The notes below the pieces were generated by a model. The model had not been told where the DNA came from, did no database searches, and saw only the letters and a list, made by a program, of their open reading frames with translations. A stretch of DNA of 62,986 bases, counting the filler, from Octopus bimaculoides (lineage: Eukaryota), in NCBI RefSeq assembly GCF_001194135.2. It is 7 parts of 7 records of this genome, joined end to end, with 100 filler letters (N's around TTAATTAATTAA, not from the genome) between each part and the next. Parts side by side here need not be neighbours in the genome. Positions count along the whole stretch, not along the records: positions 17,130 to 36,910 come from NC_068983.1; positions 37,011 to 43,543 come from NC_068982.1; 5 more parts are not named here. One strand, written 5' to 3'. Shown one piece after another: positions 25,451 through 38,314 of the stretch; within the stretch, counting starts at the first letter, position 1; each line of letters opens with the position of its first letter. The position numbers and the translations under genes were made by a program.

Positions 25451-27221
25451 TTACGTTAAAAACACTTAGATAAAGTAAGGAACCTTAGGACCAGAGTAAT
25501 GGACCTGATATTTTGCTTTTATTAAACGTTATACTTATATTTAACATATACCAGCACGAGCTCATTAAAATCTCAGAAGCTGAAGAAAGTTCTTTTTTTT
25601 TCATGGAATATAAAAACACAATTTATGAGTGAGGGAAATATTACGAGCCATATTAACTGACTTTCAAAAGCTCAATTAAAATATTTGCTAGTTTGTTTTC
25701 ATAGTTTTCGAATTCTTAGCTAATAAAACAGGAATTTGTTTGCCAATACTATATTGGACATAGAATATTTATTGTTAGAATATTTATTCTCTAGTCTGGT
25801 AAATATTCCGTTACTTTAGCAATAATGAAACTGAACGTCAAACTGCACGAAATTTGACGTATATTTACTTTTTTTTCATGACTTCGAAGCATAAATAATC
25901 GTTGATGAAGGAGTTAAAACATCCGATATTATAATACCTTATACCAATAGAAGGGAAAGTGCTGAGCTGGCCGGATGTCAACACATCGTAAAAAATGTTC
26001 TGTGGTATTTCTTCAGATTCATTACATTCTGAGTTCAAATTCTATCGCACTCAACTCTACCTTTCATCCTGACGAGGTCGATAAAATAAGTATCAGTTGC
26101 GCACTGGGGTCGATGAAATTAACTTGCACCTTCCTTAAAAGTGCTGACCTTGTGCCCAAATTTTAAACTGTTATAACAACAGATGTGATTAGCAAGACCC
26201 TCATCATACTTTATTTAGTATTTTATGTCTTAAAACGTTCGAGCCATCAATGACATTGCTACTTCATATGAACACATACGCGACTTCATAGTAGCGAACA
26301 AGTAATAATCTGACTTCCTTTTTACCCTTTGTTTCCACCTCATCCAATGACTTCTGTCGTATGAGCTAGCGAAGAAGCTTCAACTCCGATGCGCCATCTG
26401 CTAGAAATAGCAACCTAATCTATATCTATTTACTTTCTCCAGGATACATTGAATAGAGACACTACATCAAAATAAACGATGGGACGGTAGGCATACTCTT
26501 GAGTTTAAGCTTGTTCAATCAGAGTTGACCTCGAGGCTAAACAACAACAACAGCAACAAAAAAATCTTCGCTTGTAATTTTGATCTCACTCCATTGTAAA
26601 CTTTCGGAATCTATAACACAAAATGCATAATTCGTTCTATATCACTGTAAATCGTGGAATATAAAGTAACGTGAAGGAAAAAAATGGTTGTATTGAGACA
26701 AAATGTTTGCCTAAAACTATGCATGAGAAACAAAAATGACTAATTTGAGTCTCCAGAATCCAAATGCATAACAGATAAAGCATATAAAATCACGTCATGC
26801 CTAAAAACAAAGATGAAGAGTTAATTTTAAATATTGTTTTTAAAAAATCACGAGCAAAATTGAGACGTTCATGCTTTTCTAAAGTGGAATATATCTAGTA
26901 TAGACGTGAAATCTAAATTGAGAAGCAGTTTCAATGTGCCATATCTTTACGATTATTCTTTTAAATGCTAGCAGATACCTATCTTAGTTTAATCACACAC
27001 ACGAAGGAAGCACTGAATGTCACAAGCCAACAAAAGAAAATTTAGTGGAAATAGCAGCCAAATCTCCTTCCTATCACACTCAATCGTATTTAAAACGGAA
27101 TATTAACGTAGTCTGGGTTCAAAGATGTTTATAATGGTTTTGATAAGAGGTTTTATCGCTCGGGGTAGGCGTAGAACTAATCAACAACAGGGACCACTTA
27201 TAATTTCTGTACCTATAATTA

Positions 27222-27362
27222 CAGGTATGGACAACCTTTTTCGAGAAGTGGGCCGCATGAGATATGGTTCATCATCAGGCAGGCCACACTACCACATATA
27301 TAAGATAATTTTTTCGCTAGGCTACCATTTAGAAAATCTTGCAGGCCGCAGTTTTCCCCCTG
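27222..27362 (+). mobile_element. short MITE-like repeat
   Basis: Homologous to 14605-14750; CAG...CTG ends; no clear TSD. Confidence 0.55.
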
Positions 27363-28441
27363 TAACTTATGTATTATAGTATAGGCACATCATTATCGAT
27401 TAAATGCCAATTAGCTTTATTGGTTTTAATGGAGGAGAATGGATATTGTAATCATTTCTATCACTTCACGTTAGTTATGGAAGTGAAATGGTACCATTCG
27501 TGAATAGAAACTGGTTTTAGCTATCTGCTGATTTCTTGTCTTCTAGACCGGTCATTATATTCGTCCCTTACACAAAGAGTATTGTTTGGTGCAGAGAAAT
27601 GATTAATCAGAGACAGAAAAGTCTTTAATAAGTGTTTCAAATTTCCTTAGGGATTCATATCCTTTTGATTAAATCTGTTTAAACCTTGCCCGTTATTCTT
27701 ATAAACTTATCTAAATAATTATAAAGACTCTTAGCATAATTTCAAAGACTAATTAAATATGCCGAAGAAATCGCTATCTGTATCTCAAAATATATCTCAG
27801 ATATTCGAAGAATTTTTTACTTTCATGATTAATTACATTTAGCTTTGCTTGTGTGTATTTCTTAGAGTCGATTTACAATATATTCAGAATACATAGCACT
27901 GAAATAGTTAATTAAATCGATTTCAGTACATTGCCGATATTTATTTAAGTGATTCTCCAGAGATAAAAGGCAAAGTCATCCATGTCGAATTTTAAGCTTC
28001 AAATATAAAGGAATGGAATTACATACCACGTGACATTTAATCTTATGCTCTCTCATATGGTCTTCATACGTCATCGTTCTCTCCCTAATCTGTTATATAA
28101 GAAAATTTTCTCCACCATTCTTTCATGTAATACAGCTTTCTTACAACTCATTAAGGTGACTAAGTGTCAGTTATATTACACTTCAAGTTATTACACTGTC
28201 CTTATCAACAGAAGTGTCAAGTTGAAATGTCAAACTGAAGATGAACACTGAAAAAGCTTTACAAAATCTCATAAAACATTAAGCAGCATTAACTTCCTGG
28301 AGAAACAAAACCCCCCAAAAATGTCACAAAAAACAACAACAGGGAAGAGGTGCTGTATGAAGTCGCTCGATTTGCTAGAAACAGCACGTATAGTTTTCCT
28401 CAAATCATATCGGATAATCTTTAAAAGAAGATACATTAGAT

Positions 28442-28716
28442 CAGTGGTTTTCAAACTGTGGTCCGCGGACCACAGGGGGTCCGTGAACAGCAAACACTTT
28501 TTATGGGCAATTTGATTTTATATATGGTATTTAATCGAAATCTTTTAATTGACAATAAACCTATTTGTTAAATACTGTTAAATAAACAAATGTAAACATG
28601 TATGTTATTTTAAGCAAATATTTATGTATAAATTTCATAAGCGTTTATAAGGGGATCCCTGAGGTAAAGCCTGAAATATAAAGGGGTCCGCAAGTCAAAA
28701 AGCTTGAAAATCCCTG
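28442..28716 (+). mobile_element. hAT (Charlie/Buster-type) MITE; 8-bp TSD CATTAGAT
   Basis: TIR cagtggttttcaaac / gcttgaaaatccctg; TSD at 28434-28441 and 28717-28724. Confidence 0.9.
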
Positions 28717-29503
28717 CATTAGATAATGTAGTTCTTGATACAAAATATGACGGATAATCATGATTGGGATCCTTTGATCAGTGATCTGATCGATTCAGAC
28801 TGATCTAAGGTTAAGCGACAAAAAAAACAAAACAAAACAAAACAACAAACTCAGTGAAGCAAATTAACTTTTTTTTTTATTTGTTGTCTTACTTTGAATT
28901 TCATTGATCTTAAAGTTCAACAAATGCTATTAATTCAATAAATATTATTTCATATGCTACTTGTACTTTGCTGGATGTACTATTGGGTTAAAGAGTTGGA
29001 TAGTCGAGAGGGAGACTGTGTCTGCTCGCTACTACATACTCAGCTAAAACAATTAGCGAATGCATGATATCACTGTATATTACCAAGCCATACTCGTTCG
29101 CGGTTGACAGTTGACTCTATATACTCCTGCACAACGAACTCACACCGATGGAATCACTTTTACGACTGATTTAGAGATACTTAAGATTTAGAGATACTTA
29201 ATATCCGTTTTTGTGGTCAGGTATTACACTTCTGTTTAGGTCTAAATATTTTTAATAACAAAACACGATGGTGGTAGATTGGCAGAATCATTAAGAGCGT
29301 CGGATAAAATGCCTTTCAGTATTTGTCCGGCTCTTTACACTTTCAGTTCAAACATCGCTAAGGTTAACTTTGTCTTTCATCCAATCAATAGAAATAAAAT
29401 GCCAGTCAAGAACCGACTAACCTCTCTCTCTTTTTGGCCTTACTCATCCAAGAATTCATGACCAAGTATTGAAAGTTAAGAAAGGGGACAAAGAAAGGGA
29501 ACA

Positions 29504-29905
29504 CAGAATGCAATGCACCAGAAGAAAATATCACAAGGCATTTTGCCAATCCTCTAACGATTCTTTTAATCCGCTTACATTTGATATTTGCTAATATAAT
29601 GACGGTAATAAAAAGAATCATTCTCCTGCATCTGCTGTAAGAAAGTGCAACAGTATTTTTCAACCTAAGAGAGTGCCTGCTCTTGACCACTCGATCTACT
29701 TGAAATAGCTGCCAAATCTTCCTCAATTAGCACCATCCGATCTTAAATAAGGATATGTCATTTTAGATAATGTAGTCCGTTTTATACCTAAACAGATGGG
29801 ATGGTCACAATTGCAATGCGTTTAGTGATAGTCATAGTCCTGCTTATCAAAGACGATCCTGTATTAATCAAGAACAACAGCGATGACAACGATGACCACG
29901 ATGAC
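29504..29905 (-). repeat. right, inverted copy of the X-linker-Y composite
   Basis: Reverse complement aligns by eye with 24945-25330. Confidence 0.8.
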
Positions 29906-30149
29906 TAATGAACCCGATTCACCAGTCAAAATGAGGCAAGTAAGACATCTTGGTCATTCACTGCATCCATCTCCATTCACTTTCTTCTTGATCTTGTCTT
30001 GTCACTGTATTGAAGATGGTCACTTACGAGTGAGTTAGGTTGATGGTGCACAACACTTCCTCGCTTTAAAGAAAGTCACCGCTCAAGTCATCAGTCATTA
30101 AGGACGACTAACTAGAAGTTCCATGTCACTTCGACGGACGAACATGATA

Positions 30150-31063
30150 CAAGGTGATATCAAAACGTTCTCGCACTAGTTCTATAGCACGCTAACAGAT
30201 GGCAGTACACGGTTGCGTGCGCAATGAGAAACAGCAGTGACCTTCATAAGGCAGTGTACCGAGTGACATCGCTGTGATTACTTCGAAAGTTGTGAGATTT
30301 GTTTTTGTGATCACGTGTTTGCTGTAGTCTGCGATTTTTGTCATGGACAGGAAACCGGAACAAAGAGTCAACGTGAAATTTTGAGTTAAACTTGGGAAGT
30401 CTGCTACAGAGACATTGAATATGCTTTGGCAAGCTTACGGCGACGAGGCAATGAGTCATACGCCATGTTTCAAGTTGCACGGGCGCTTCAAAAAGCACGG
30501 CAGAGCCGGAGCTCAATCAAGAGCATGTTCATCGTTCTTTTCGACATCTGCGGTATTGTACATTGAGAATTCGTCCTTGAGATCCACACCGTCAATCGAG
30601 AGTTCTACTGCGACGTTTTGAAGCGTTTGAGAGGGGACATTCGGCGAAAGTGACCGGATCCGTGGAGCGCGAAGAACTGGATTCTTCATGACGACAATGC
30701 ACCCTGTTACCGAGCTTACCTCACTCATGAGTTTCTCGCCAAAAACAACATGGCATCACTTCCACACCCACCCTATTCGCCTGATTTAGTACTTGTGAAC
30801 TTCCATCTCTTTCTCGAGATGAAAATGCAGCTCAAGAATGGCCTTTTTTACACCGTTGTCGAGATCCAGAGAGAATCGCAGAAGGTCCCCGATTCGCTTA
30901 CAAAAAACGACTTCCAGGCCGGATTCCAAAATTGGCAGGAAAGCTGGGGCCGGTTTATTCCTGTGCAAGGTGATTATTTCGAAGGAAATGATGTTAAAAC
31001 TCAGGGAGATAAGTTTTTTTTTAATAAACATAACTAGTCTGGGATAATGTTGATGTCACCTCG
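30150..31063 (+). mobile_element. internally deleted mariner element, TA TSD
   Basis: Imperfect TIRs caaggtgatatcaaaac..actagtt / aactagt..tgatgtcacctcg flanked by TA; transposase remnants VKLGKSATETLNML, WILHDDNAP, HPPYSPDL, GDYFEG; second HTH and first catalytic D region missing. Confidence 0.9.
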
Positions 31064-31587
31064 TATGTGTGTGCGCACGTATGATCGTTCGTGAGTGTGC
31101 ACCATTATGGTTTCTTGAAATGTGGATTGCATATTTAACAGCATAGTGTTCTTATACTNNNNNNNNNNNNNNNNNNNNNNNNNNNNNNNNNNNNNNNNNN
31201 NNNNNNNNNNNNNNNNNNNNNNNNNNNNNNNNNNNNNNNNNNNNNNNNNNNNNNNNNNNNNNNNNNNNNNNNNNNNNNNNNNNNNNNNNNNNNNNNNNNN
31301 NNNNNNNNNNNNNNNNNNNNNNNNNNNNNNNNNNNNNNNNNNNNNNNNNNNNNNNNNNNNNNNNNNNNNNNNNNNNNNNNNNNNNNNNNNNNNNNNNNNN
31401 NNNNNNNNNNNNNNNNNNNNNNNNNNNNNNNNNNNNNNNNNNNNNNNNNNNNNNNNNNNNNNNNNNNNNNNNNNNNNNNNNNNNNNNNNNNNNNNNNNNN
31501 NNNNNNNNNNNNNNNNNNNNNNNNNNNNNNNNNNNNNNNNNNNNNNNNNNNNNNNNNNNNNNNNNNNNNNNNNNNNNNNNNNNNNNN

Positions 31588-31853
31588 AGTACTTATTCTA
31601 TCGGTCTCTTTTTGCCGAACCGCTAAGTTACGGGGACGTAAACACACCAGCATCAGTTGTCAAGCAATGGTGGGGGGACAAATACAGACACACAAACACA
31701 CATACATATATATATACATATATACGACGGGCTTCTTTCAGTTTCCGTCTACCAAATCCACTCACAAGGCTTTGGTCGGCCCGAGGCTATAGTAGAAGAC
31801 ACTTGCCCAAAGTGCCACGCAGTGGGACTGAACCCGGAACCATGTGGTTGATA
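31588..31853 (-). mobile_element. SINE family B
   Basis: Near-consensus copy abutting an N gap. Confidence 0.88.
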
Positions 31854-32254
31854 CGCTGACGGAATAGTCACAACTGTAATGTCTTTGGCGACAAGCCTGC
31901 ACAATCAGCACTGCCATTGAGCGAAAACACCATCATCATCATCATCAACAACAACAACAACAACAACAACAACAGCAACAACAACAACAACAACGACGAC
32001 AACAACGACAACAACAATGACAACGACGACCACGACGACAACAACAACAACTGTTATATCAATTAAATGTCAGAAACGTCATTCCAATAGTATTAAAAAT
32101 AACTGCTTATAACAGCTTCGGCCTCCAAATAAAACAGTGATGTTTTTAACATAGCACTTCATGCTTCAATGAATAAAAATCAATAGATGAATTATATTAT
32201 GCAATAAAATTATCCGATTGATTAAGCCACATTTAGAAATTCTGTTACAATTTC

Positions 32255-32954
<700 letters not shown>

Positions 32955-33289
32955 AAAGCGTAAATGGAATGATTTGCGAACAATAAATCACGGTGCATGC
33001 ATTAAAATAAGTGCGTGCATATTCTATAAACCGTTTCCCTAGACGGACCGTGTTTCTAATGAAAATAATAATATAAACCTTTGCCGAATATAATTATTGG
33101 TATTTGACTGTGAAATCTGAGCCCTTTCAGATGTATAGCTTTTACGCATATGCAATTGTTAATTCACTTTCAGTTGTTATATCGAACTTCAGTTGGTTCG
33201 GTAAATTGGTTATAAAAACAGTGGTTATTCTGTCACCTTGTTAGAGAGAAACTGAATGAAAGTGAAGTGTATAATATAATTCATTTTTC

Positions 33290-33618
33290 TAGGTGTGCCT
33301 GTGTGATTCAGAAACTTGTTCCCCCGACATTGTGGTCTTGTGTTCAGTCCCATTGCACAGCATCTGCTAATATAGGTATAGGCCAACCAAAGCCTTGAGA
33401 GTGGATCTGGTAGACAGAAACTTAAAGAAACCTGATGTACACACACACACCTATTATAATCTTTTCTACTCTAGGCACAAGGCCCGAATTTTTTTTGGCG
33501 GGGGGGGGGCAGTCGATTAGATCGATCCCAGTACACAATTGGTACTTAATTTATCGACCCCGAAAGGATGAATGGCAAAGTCTGACCTCGGTGGAATTTG
33601 AACTCAGAACGTAAAGAC
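33290..33618. mobile_element. diverged SINE B 5' half (+) followed by SINE Y (-)
   Basis: aaagccttgagagtggatctggtagacagaaac; tttatcgaccccgaaaggatgaatggcaaag. Confidence 0.75.
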
Positions 33619-34402
33619 NNNNNNNNNNNNNNNNNNNNNNNNNNNNNNNNNNNNNNNNNNNNNNNNNNNNNNNNNNNNNNNNNNNNNNNNNNNNNNNNNN
33701 NNNNNNNNNNNNNNNNNNNNNNNNNNNNNNNNNNNNNNNNNNNNNNNNNNNNNNNNNNNNNNNNNNNNNNNNNNNNNNNNNNNNNNNNNNNNNNNNNNNN
33801 NNNNNNNNNNNNNNNNNNNNNNNNNNNNNNNNNNNNNNNNNNNNNNNNNNNNNNNNNNNNNNNNNNNNNNNNNNNNNNNNNNNNNNNNNNNNNNNNNNNN
33901 NNNNNNNNNNNNNNNNNNNNNNNNNNNNNNNNNNNNNNNNNNACACACACACACACACACACAGATTTATACATAGATGTATAAATATACGATAGGCTTC
34001 TCATGGTTTCCGACTACCAAATTAGCAGAGTCCGGTAGAATAAGTATCAAACTTAAAAACATTAATAAGTACAGTGTGGGATAGAGAGGGGTAGATTTGC
34101 TTGACTAAACCCTTCAAGGTGGAGCCTCAGTATGGCCATAGTCCGATAATTGAAAGAAGTGAGAGAATAAAAGAATATTGATAAAAAGGAGACAATTCAC
34201 AGAAGTATCTGGGAAAGTGGGAATGGGAAAGAAAGTGAATAGAAAGACAGTAAGAAATATATAAGAAAGCGTGTGTGCATTAAACAAAGTTAGGTGTTTT
34301 CGAAGGAAAATAAAAAAAAGAAAATCCAAAGAAGCAAGAGAAAAAATAGTTGATAAAAAAAGGAAAATAGAGAGTGAAAAATAAAACTAAGAAAATGAAA
34401 TC

Positions 34403-34640
<238 letters not shown>

Positions 34641-35230
34641 AGGAGGGTGAGTGTTCTATATGAAACGGTAATGTCATTCTGTTATGAGTCTTTGACGAAG
34701 TGAAGACCTAAAAAAACTTATCTCGGCAGGATTGCATAATTATGTAATTATATTCACTGAAACATGTGTAAGATAACGTAATTAAACAATTTATGAACCG
34801 GCTCCCCCAATTTTGTTGCTTTCTAAATGTAGCCGTTGATCTTTCTTACTGGAAACAAGTGAAAGGAAACTTGAACTATAAAACATAAGTTCTCCTCCCA
34901 GTTTTTTTTTTCGATATATAAAGATTCATATGCAGTTGTATGTCTTGCAATTTAAATTGCTTTATAAAATTATGTGTATGTGTGTATACTTACATACATA
35001 CAACATACATATAGTATGAAATAACGGGCTATATAACTGACATGATATACATGCATTCCATTCATACATATATTCACACACATACACAAATTTAGTTTTA
35101 TGTACATAATTGCATTTAAAATAAACAAATGCAGCACTTCTAGTTGATAGCTTCATCAGTTCAAGGCTTAGGCCATACCTATATGTGTGTGTGTGCATGT
35201 GTGTTTAGTAAGAAATACATATACACATAC

Positions 35231-35262
<32 letters not shown>

Positions 35263-35553
35263 NNNNNNNNNNNNNNNNNNNNNNNNNNNNNNNNNNNNNN
35301 NNNNNNNNNNNNNNNNNNNNNNNNNNNNNNNNNNNNNNNNNNNNNNNNNNNNNNNNNNNNNNNNNNNNNNNNNNNNNNNNNNNNNNNNNNNNNNNNNNNN
35401 NNNNNNNNNNNNNNNNNNNNNNNNNNNNNNNNNNNNNNNNNNNNNNNNNNNNNNNNNNNNNNNNNNNNNNNNNNNNNNNNNNNNNNNNNNNNNNNNNNNN
35501 NNNNNNNNNNNNNNNNNNNNNNNNNNNNNNNNNNNNNNNNNNNNNNNNNNNNN

Positions 35554-35895
35554 GTCATAGGATCGCGGTTTCGATTCCCAGACCGGTCGTTGTGTGTGTT
35601 TATTGAGCGAAAACACCTAAAGCTCCACGAGGCTCCGGCAGGGGATGGTGGCGAACCCTGCTGTACTCTTTCACCACAACTTTCTCTCACTCTTACTTCC
35701 TGTTTCTGTTGTGCCCGTAATTCAAAGGGTCAGCCTTGTCACACTGTGTCACGCTGAATATCCCCGAGAACTACGTTACGGGTACACGTGTCTGTGGAGT
35801 GCTCAGCCACTTGCACGTTAATTTCACGAGCAGGCTGTTCCGTTGATCGGATCAACTGGAACCCTTGACGTCGTAAGCGACGGAGTGCCAACAAA
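35554..35895 (+). mobile_element. SINE family A (5' end in gap)
   Basis: Matches the reverse complement of 19849-20235, ending gacggagtgccaacaa. Confidence 0.9.
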
Positions 35896-35999
35896 TTTGT
35901 TTGCAAGATTCTTGATGTGATAACGTGTGTTGAAACAGATATTGTTGTACTTGGAGATGATGATCTTTTGCCAAATAAACACATGCACCATTTATTTGA

Positions 36000-36250
36000 C
36001 CTTCACGTTAGGAAAAGAGAAGGCACATGGGACAGAAAGTCGCTGAAGAGGCCACAGATTGTGTGATGAAAGAACTGCCAGGTATAAGACCGAACCTGGT
36101 GTTTGGTAGATTCCCAAAGATAGATGCAGCAAATAGTAGTAGTGAGATAAGATTACGGTTGCAGAAACGAAAGCTGAAAAGGGAGGCAGAAAGTTTGTTA
36201 GTAGCTGCACAAGATCAAGCATTAAGGACTAATTGGATAAAAGAATATAA
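36000..36250 (+). mobile_element. R4/Dong-like LINE internal fragment
   Basis: RLQKRKLKREAESLLVAAQDQALRTNWIK resembles the AAQDQAL motif preceding the CCHC knuckle in R4-clade ORFs. Confidence 0.65.
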
Positions 36251-36419
36251 CGATATTAAACAGTTATTCCTTTATAGATACAGAACTAAAATGGGAAAAA
36301 TATCAAGAAATCCACAAGTAGATATCGAAAAAATATTTCACGTTAGCATCATCGAAAATTTTCCTGCAACATATCATTTTCTACCGATATAATTGTGTAT
36401 TAATGCTATGTATACCTTT

Positions 36420-36592
36420 CATCTTTTGCTTGTTTCAATCATTGGACAGCAACCATGCTGGGGTGCCACCCTGTAGGGTTTAGTCAAATAAATCGAACCG
36501 AGTACACTTTTTTTAAGTCTGATGCTTATGCTATCTATGTCTTTTGCTGAGTCATTAAGTTACGGGGACCTAAACAAAGACAACGTCAAACA

Positions 36593-36625
<33 letters not shown>

Positions 36626-36800
36626 ACACACACACACACACACATGATATGGCGTGCTCCTTTCAGTTTCCCTCTCACAAATCCACCCACAAGGCTTTGG
36701 TGGGTATGAGGCTGTGGTAGAAAATATTTGCACAACGGTACTGAACCCGAAACCTCGGGGTTCGAAAGCCATCTTCTTCCCACACGCCCACGACTGCGCC
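36420..36800 (-). mobile_element. diverged SINE family B
   Basis: aagttacgggga...ttcagtttcc..caaatccac.cacaaggctttg. Confidence 0.75.
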
Positions 36801-37026
36801 TATATTAAGGAATTTTAAATTTTACAACTAAGATTTAATATGAATAACATTAATAGTTATACTTTATCAAAAGGAAAAACAGGCATGTATGTATGTATGT
36901 ATGTATGTATNNNNNNNNNNNNNNNNNNNNNNNNNNNNNNNNNNNNNNNNNNNNTTAATTAATTAANNNNNNNNNNNNNNNNNNNNNNNNNNNNNNNNNN
37001 NNNNNNNNNNACATTTGTATATCTAT

Positions 37027-37132
<106 letters not shown>

Positions 37133-37267
37133 TTCTATACATATACAAATGTAAATAAAGTCATAATGTTATTCCTCTTCTGTCATTCATTAATTGAAAT
37201 TATGCTCCTGACTCTCAACTCTAAAGCATAAATATATGCTGATAACTGATTATTAGTAACATGATGC

Positions 37268-37294
37268 CAAAGCAAAGTTATAAAACACACACAC

Positions 37295-37327
<33 letters not shown>

Positions 37328-37448
37328 AAGCAAAGTTATAAAATACACACACACACACACACATACACACACACACACACACAAAGCAAAGTTATAAAAT
37401 ACACACACACACACATACACACACACATTCACACACACACACACACAC
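37268..37448. repeat. minisatellite: three units of CAAAGCAAAGTTATAAAA plus (CA)n
   Basis: Direct reading. Confidence 0.9.
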
Positions 37449-37489
37449 AAGGAGATGTCAGTTTAATGAACACATTGAGTTGATACATT

Positions 37490-37582
37490 ATTTACATTTG
37501 ACGGATATTTGTCCACATCTTCTTTGTTGTTAACACAACGTTTCGGCTGATATACTCTCCAGCCTTCATCATCAGGTGTCTT
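37490..37582 (-). mobile_element. inverted copy of the hammerhead-bearing SINE tail
   Basis: Reverse strand cccaagacacctgatgatgaaggctggagagtatatcagccgaaacgttgtgttaacaacaaag...caaatatccgtcaaatgtaaata. Confidence 0.88.
37532..37580 (-). ncRNA. minimal type I hammerhead motif with a UGA duplication in the core
   Basis: GACAC-CUGAUGA(UGA)A-GGCUG/CAGCC-GAAAC-GUU-GUGUU. Confidence 0.55.
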
Positions 37583-37653
37583 GGGCATATGGTGTAGTGG
37601 TTAAGAGCACAGGTTACTAACCCCATGATTCCGAGTTCGATTCCAGGCAGTGA

Positions 37654-37704
<51 letters not shown>

Positions 37705-37732
37705 TAATAACAACAACAACAACAACAACAAC

Positions 37733-37787
<55 letters not shown>

Positions 37788-37895
37788 GCATTGAAAAAAT
37801 ACCTTAGGAAGGAGAACCCAGGTTCGAAATTTCCCCAAGACACCTGATGAAGGCTGGAGGGTATATCAGTTGAAACGTTGTGTTAACAACAAACA
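37583..37895 (+). mobile_element. tRNA-headed SINE with internal (AAT/AAC)n and hammerhead-type 3' tail
   Basis: A box tggtgtagtgg, B box gagttcgattcc, anticodon-like arm ggttactaacc, microsatellite 37660-37785, tail 37786-37895. Confidence 0.85.
37839..37884 (+). ncRNA. minimal type I hammerhead ribozyme motif
   Basis: Stem I GACAC/GUGUU, core CUGAUGA plus extra A, stem II GGCUG/CAGUU (two G-U), GAAA, palindromic ACGU stem III, GUU cleavage triplet. Confidence 0.7.
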
Positions 37896-38231
37896 TATTG
37901 AAATGGTCACATATTTAAATATATGTGTGTGTGTGTGTGTGTGTGAAGATGCATGGCTCAGTGGTTAGAGCAAAACAACACATGACTAAATACTGAGGTC
38001 CAGATAACTTACAAAAATGCTTTATGATGGTGCTCCAGCATGGACACAGTGTTAGCACCAAAGTCAGCTAAGAGAACAAAGAACACCTTATCCATTTTAT
38101 TTTCACTTAAACTTAATATCACTTATCACTTTGAAGTTGTGTATAAATTTTCCTTCAAATTCATATTTAACCTTTCTAACTACTTTGGCAGTTGTAAAGT
38201 TCAGTTTATTACCCACCACCAACCATCACAC

Positions 38232-38314
38232 CAGTTTGTGGTAAACTTTCAGTTTGTTCACAAGTTGCAACTATTTTCCCTTCAAGCTGAATGTTTATAT
38301 TAAGTGATGCTATT
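38232..38314 (-). CDS. possible coding exon (IASLNINIQLEGKIVATCEQTESLPQT)
   Basis: Acceptor ttatttttcttaactgtttgactcag; open frame; donor G|gtgtga is weak. Confidence 0.3.

Noticed and set aside
37268-37448. Repeat-spacer-like array resembling CRISPR
   Set aside because: Spacers are (CA)n, only three units, eukaryotic context, no cas genes.
37583-37656. Possible tRNA gene (Ser-like anticodon arm)
   Set aside because: Acceptor stem does not pair and it continues into a SINE body; the same holds for the tRNA-like heads at 10987, 13252, 20235 and 37947.
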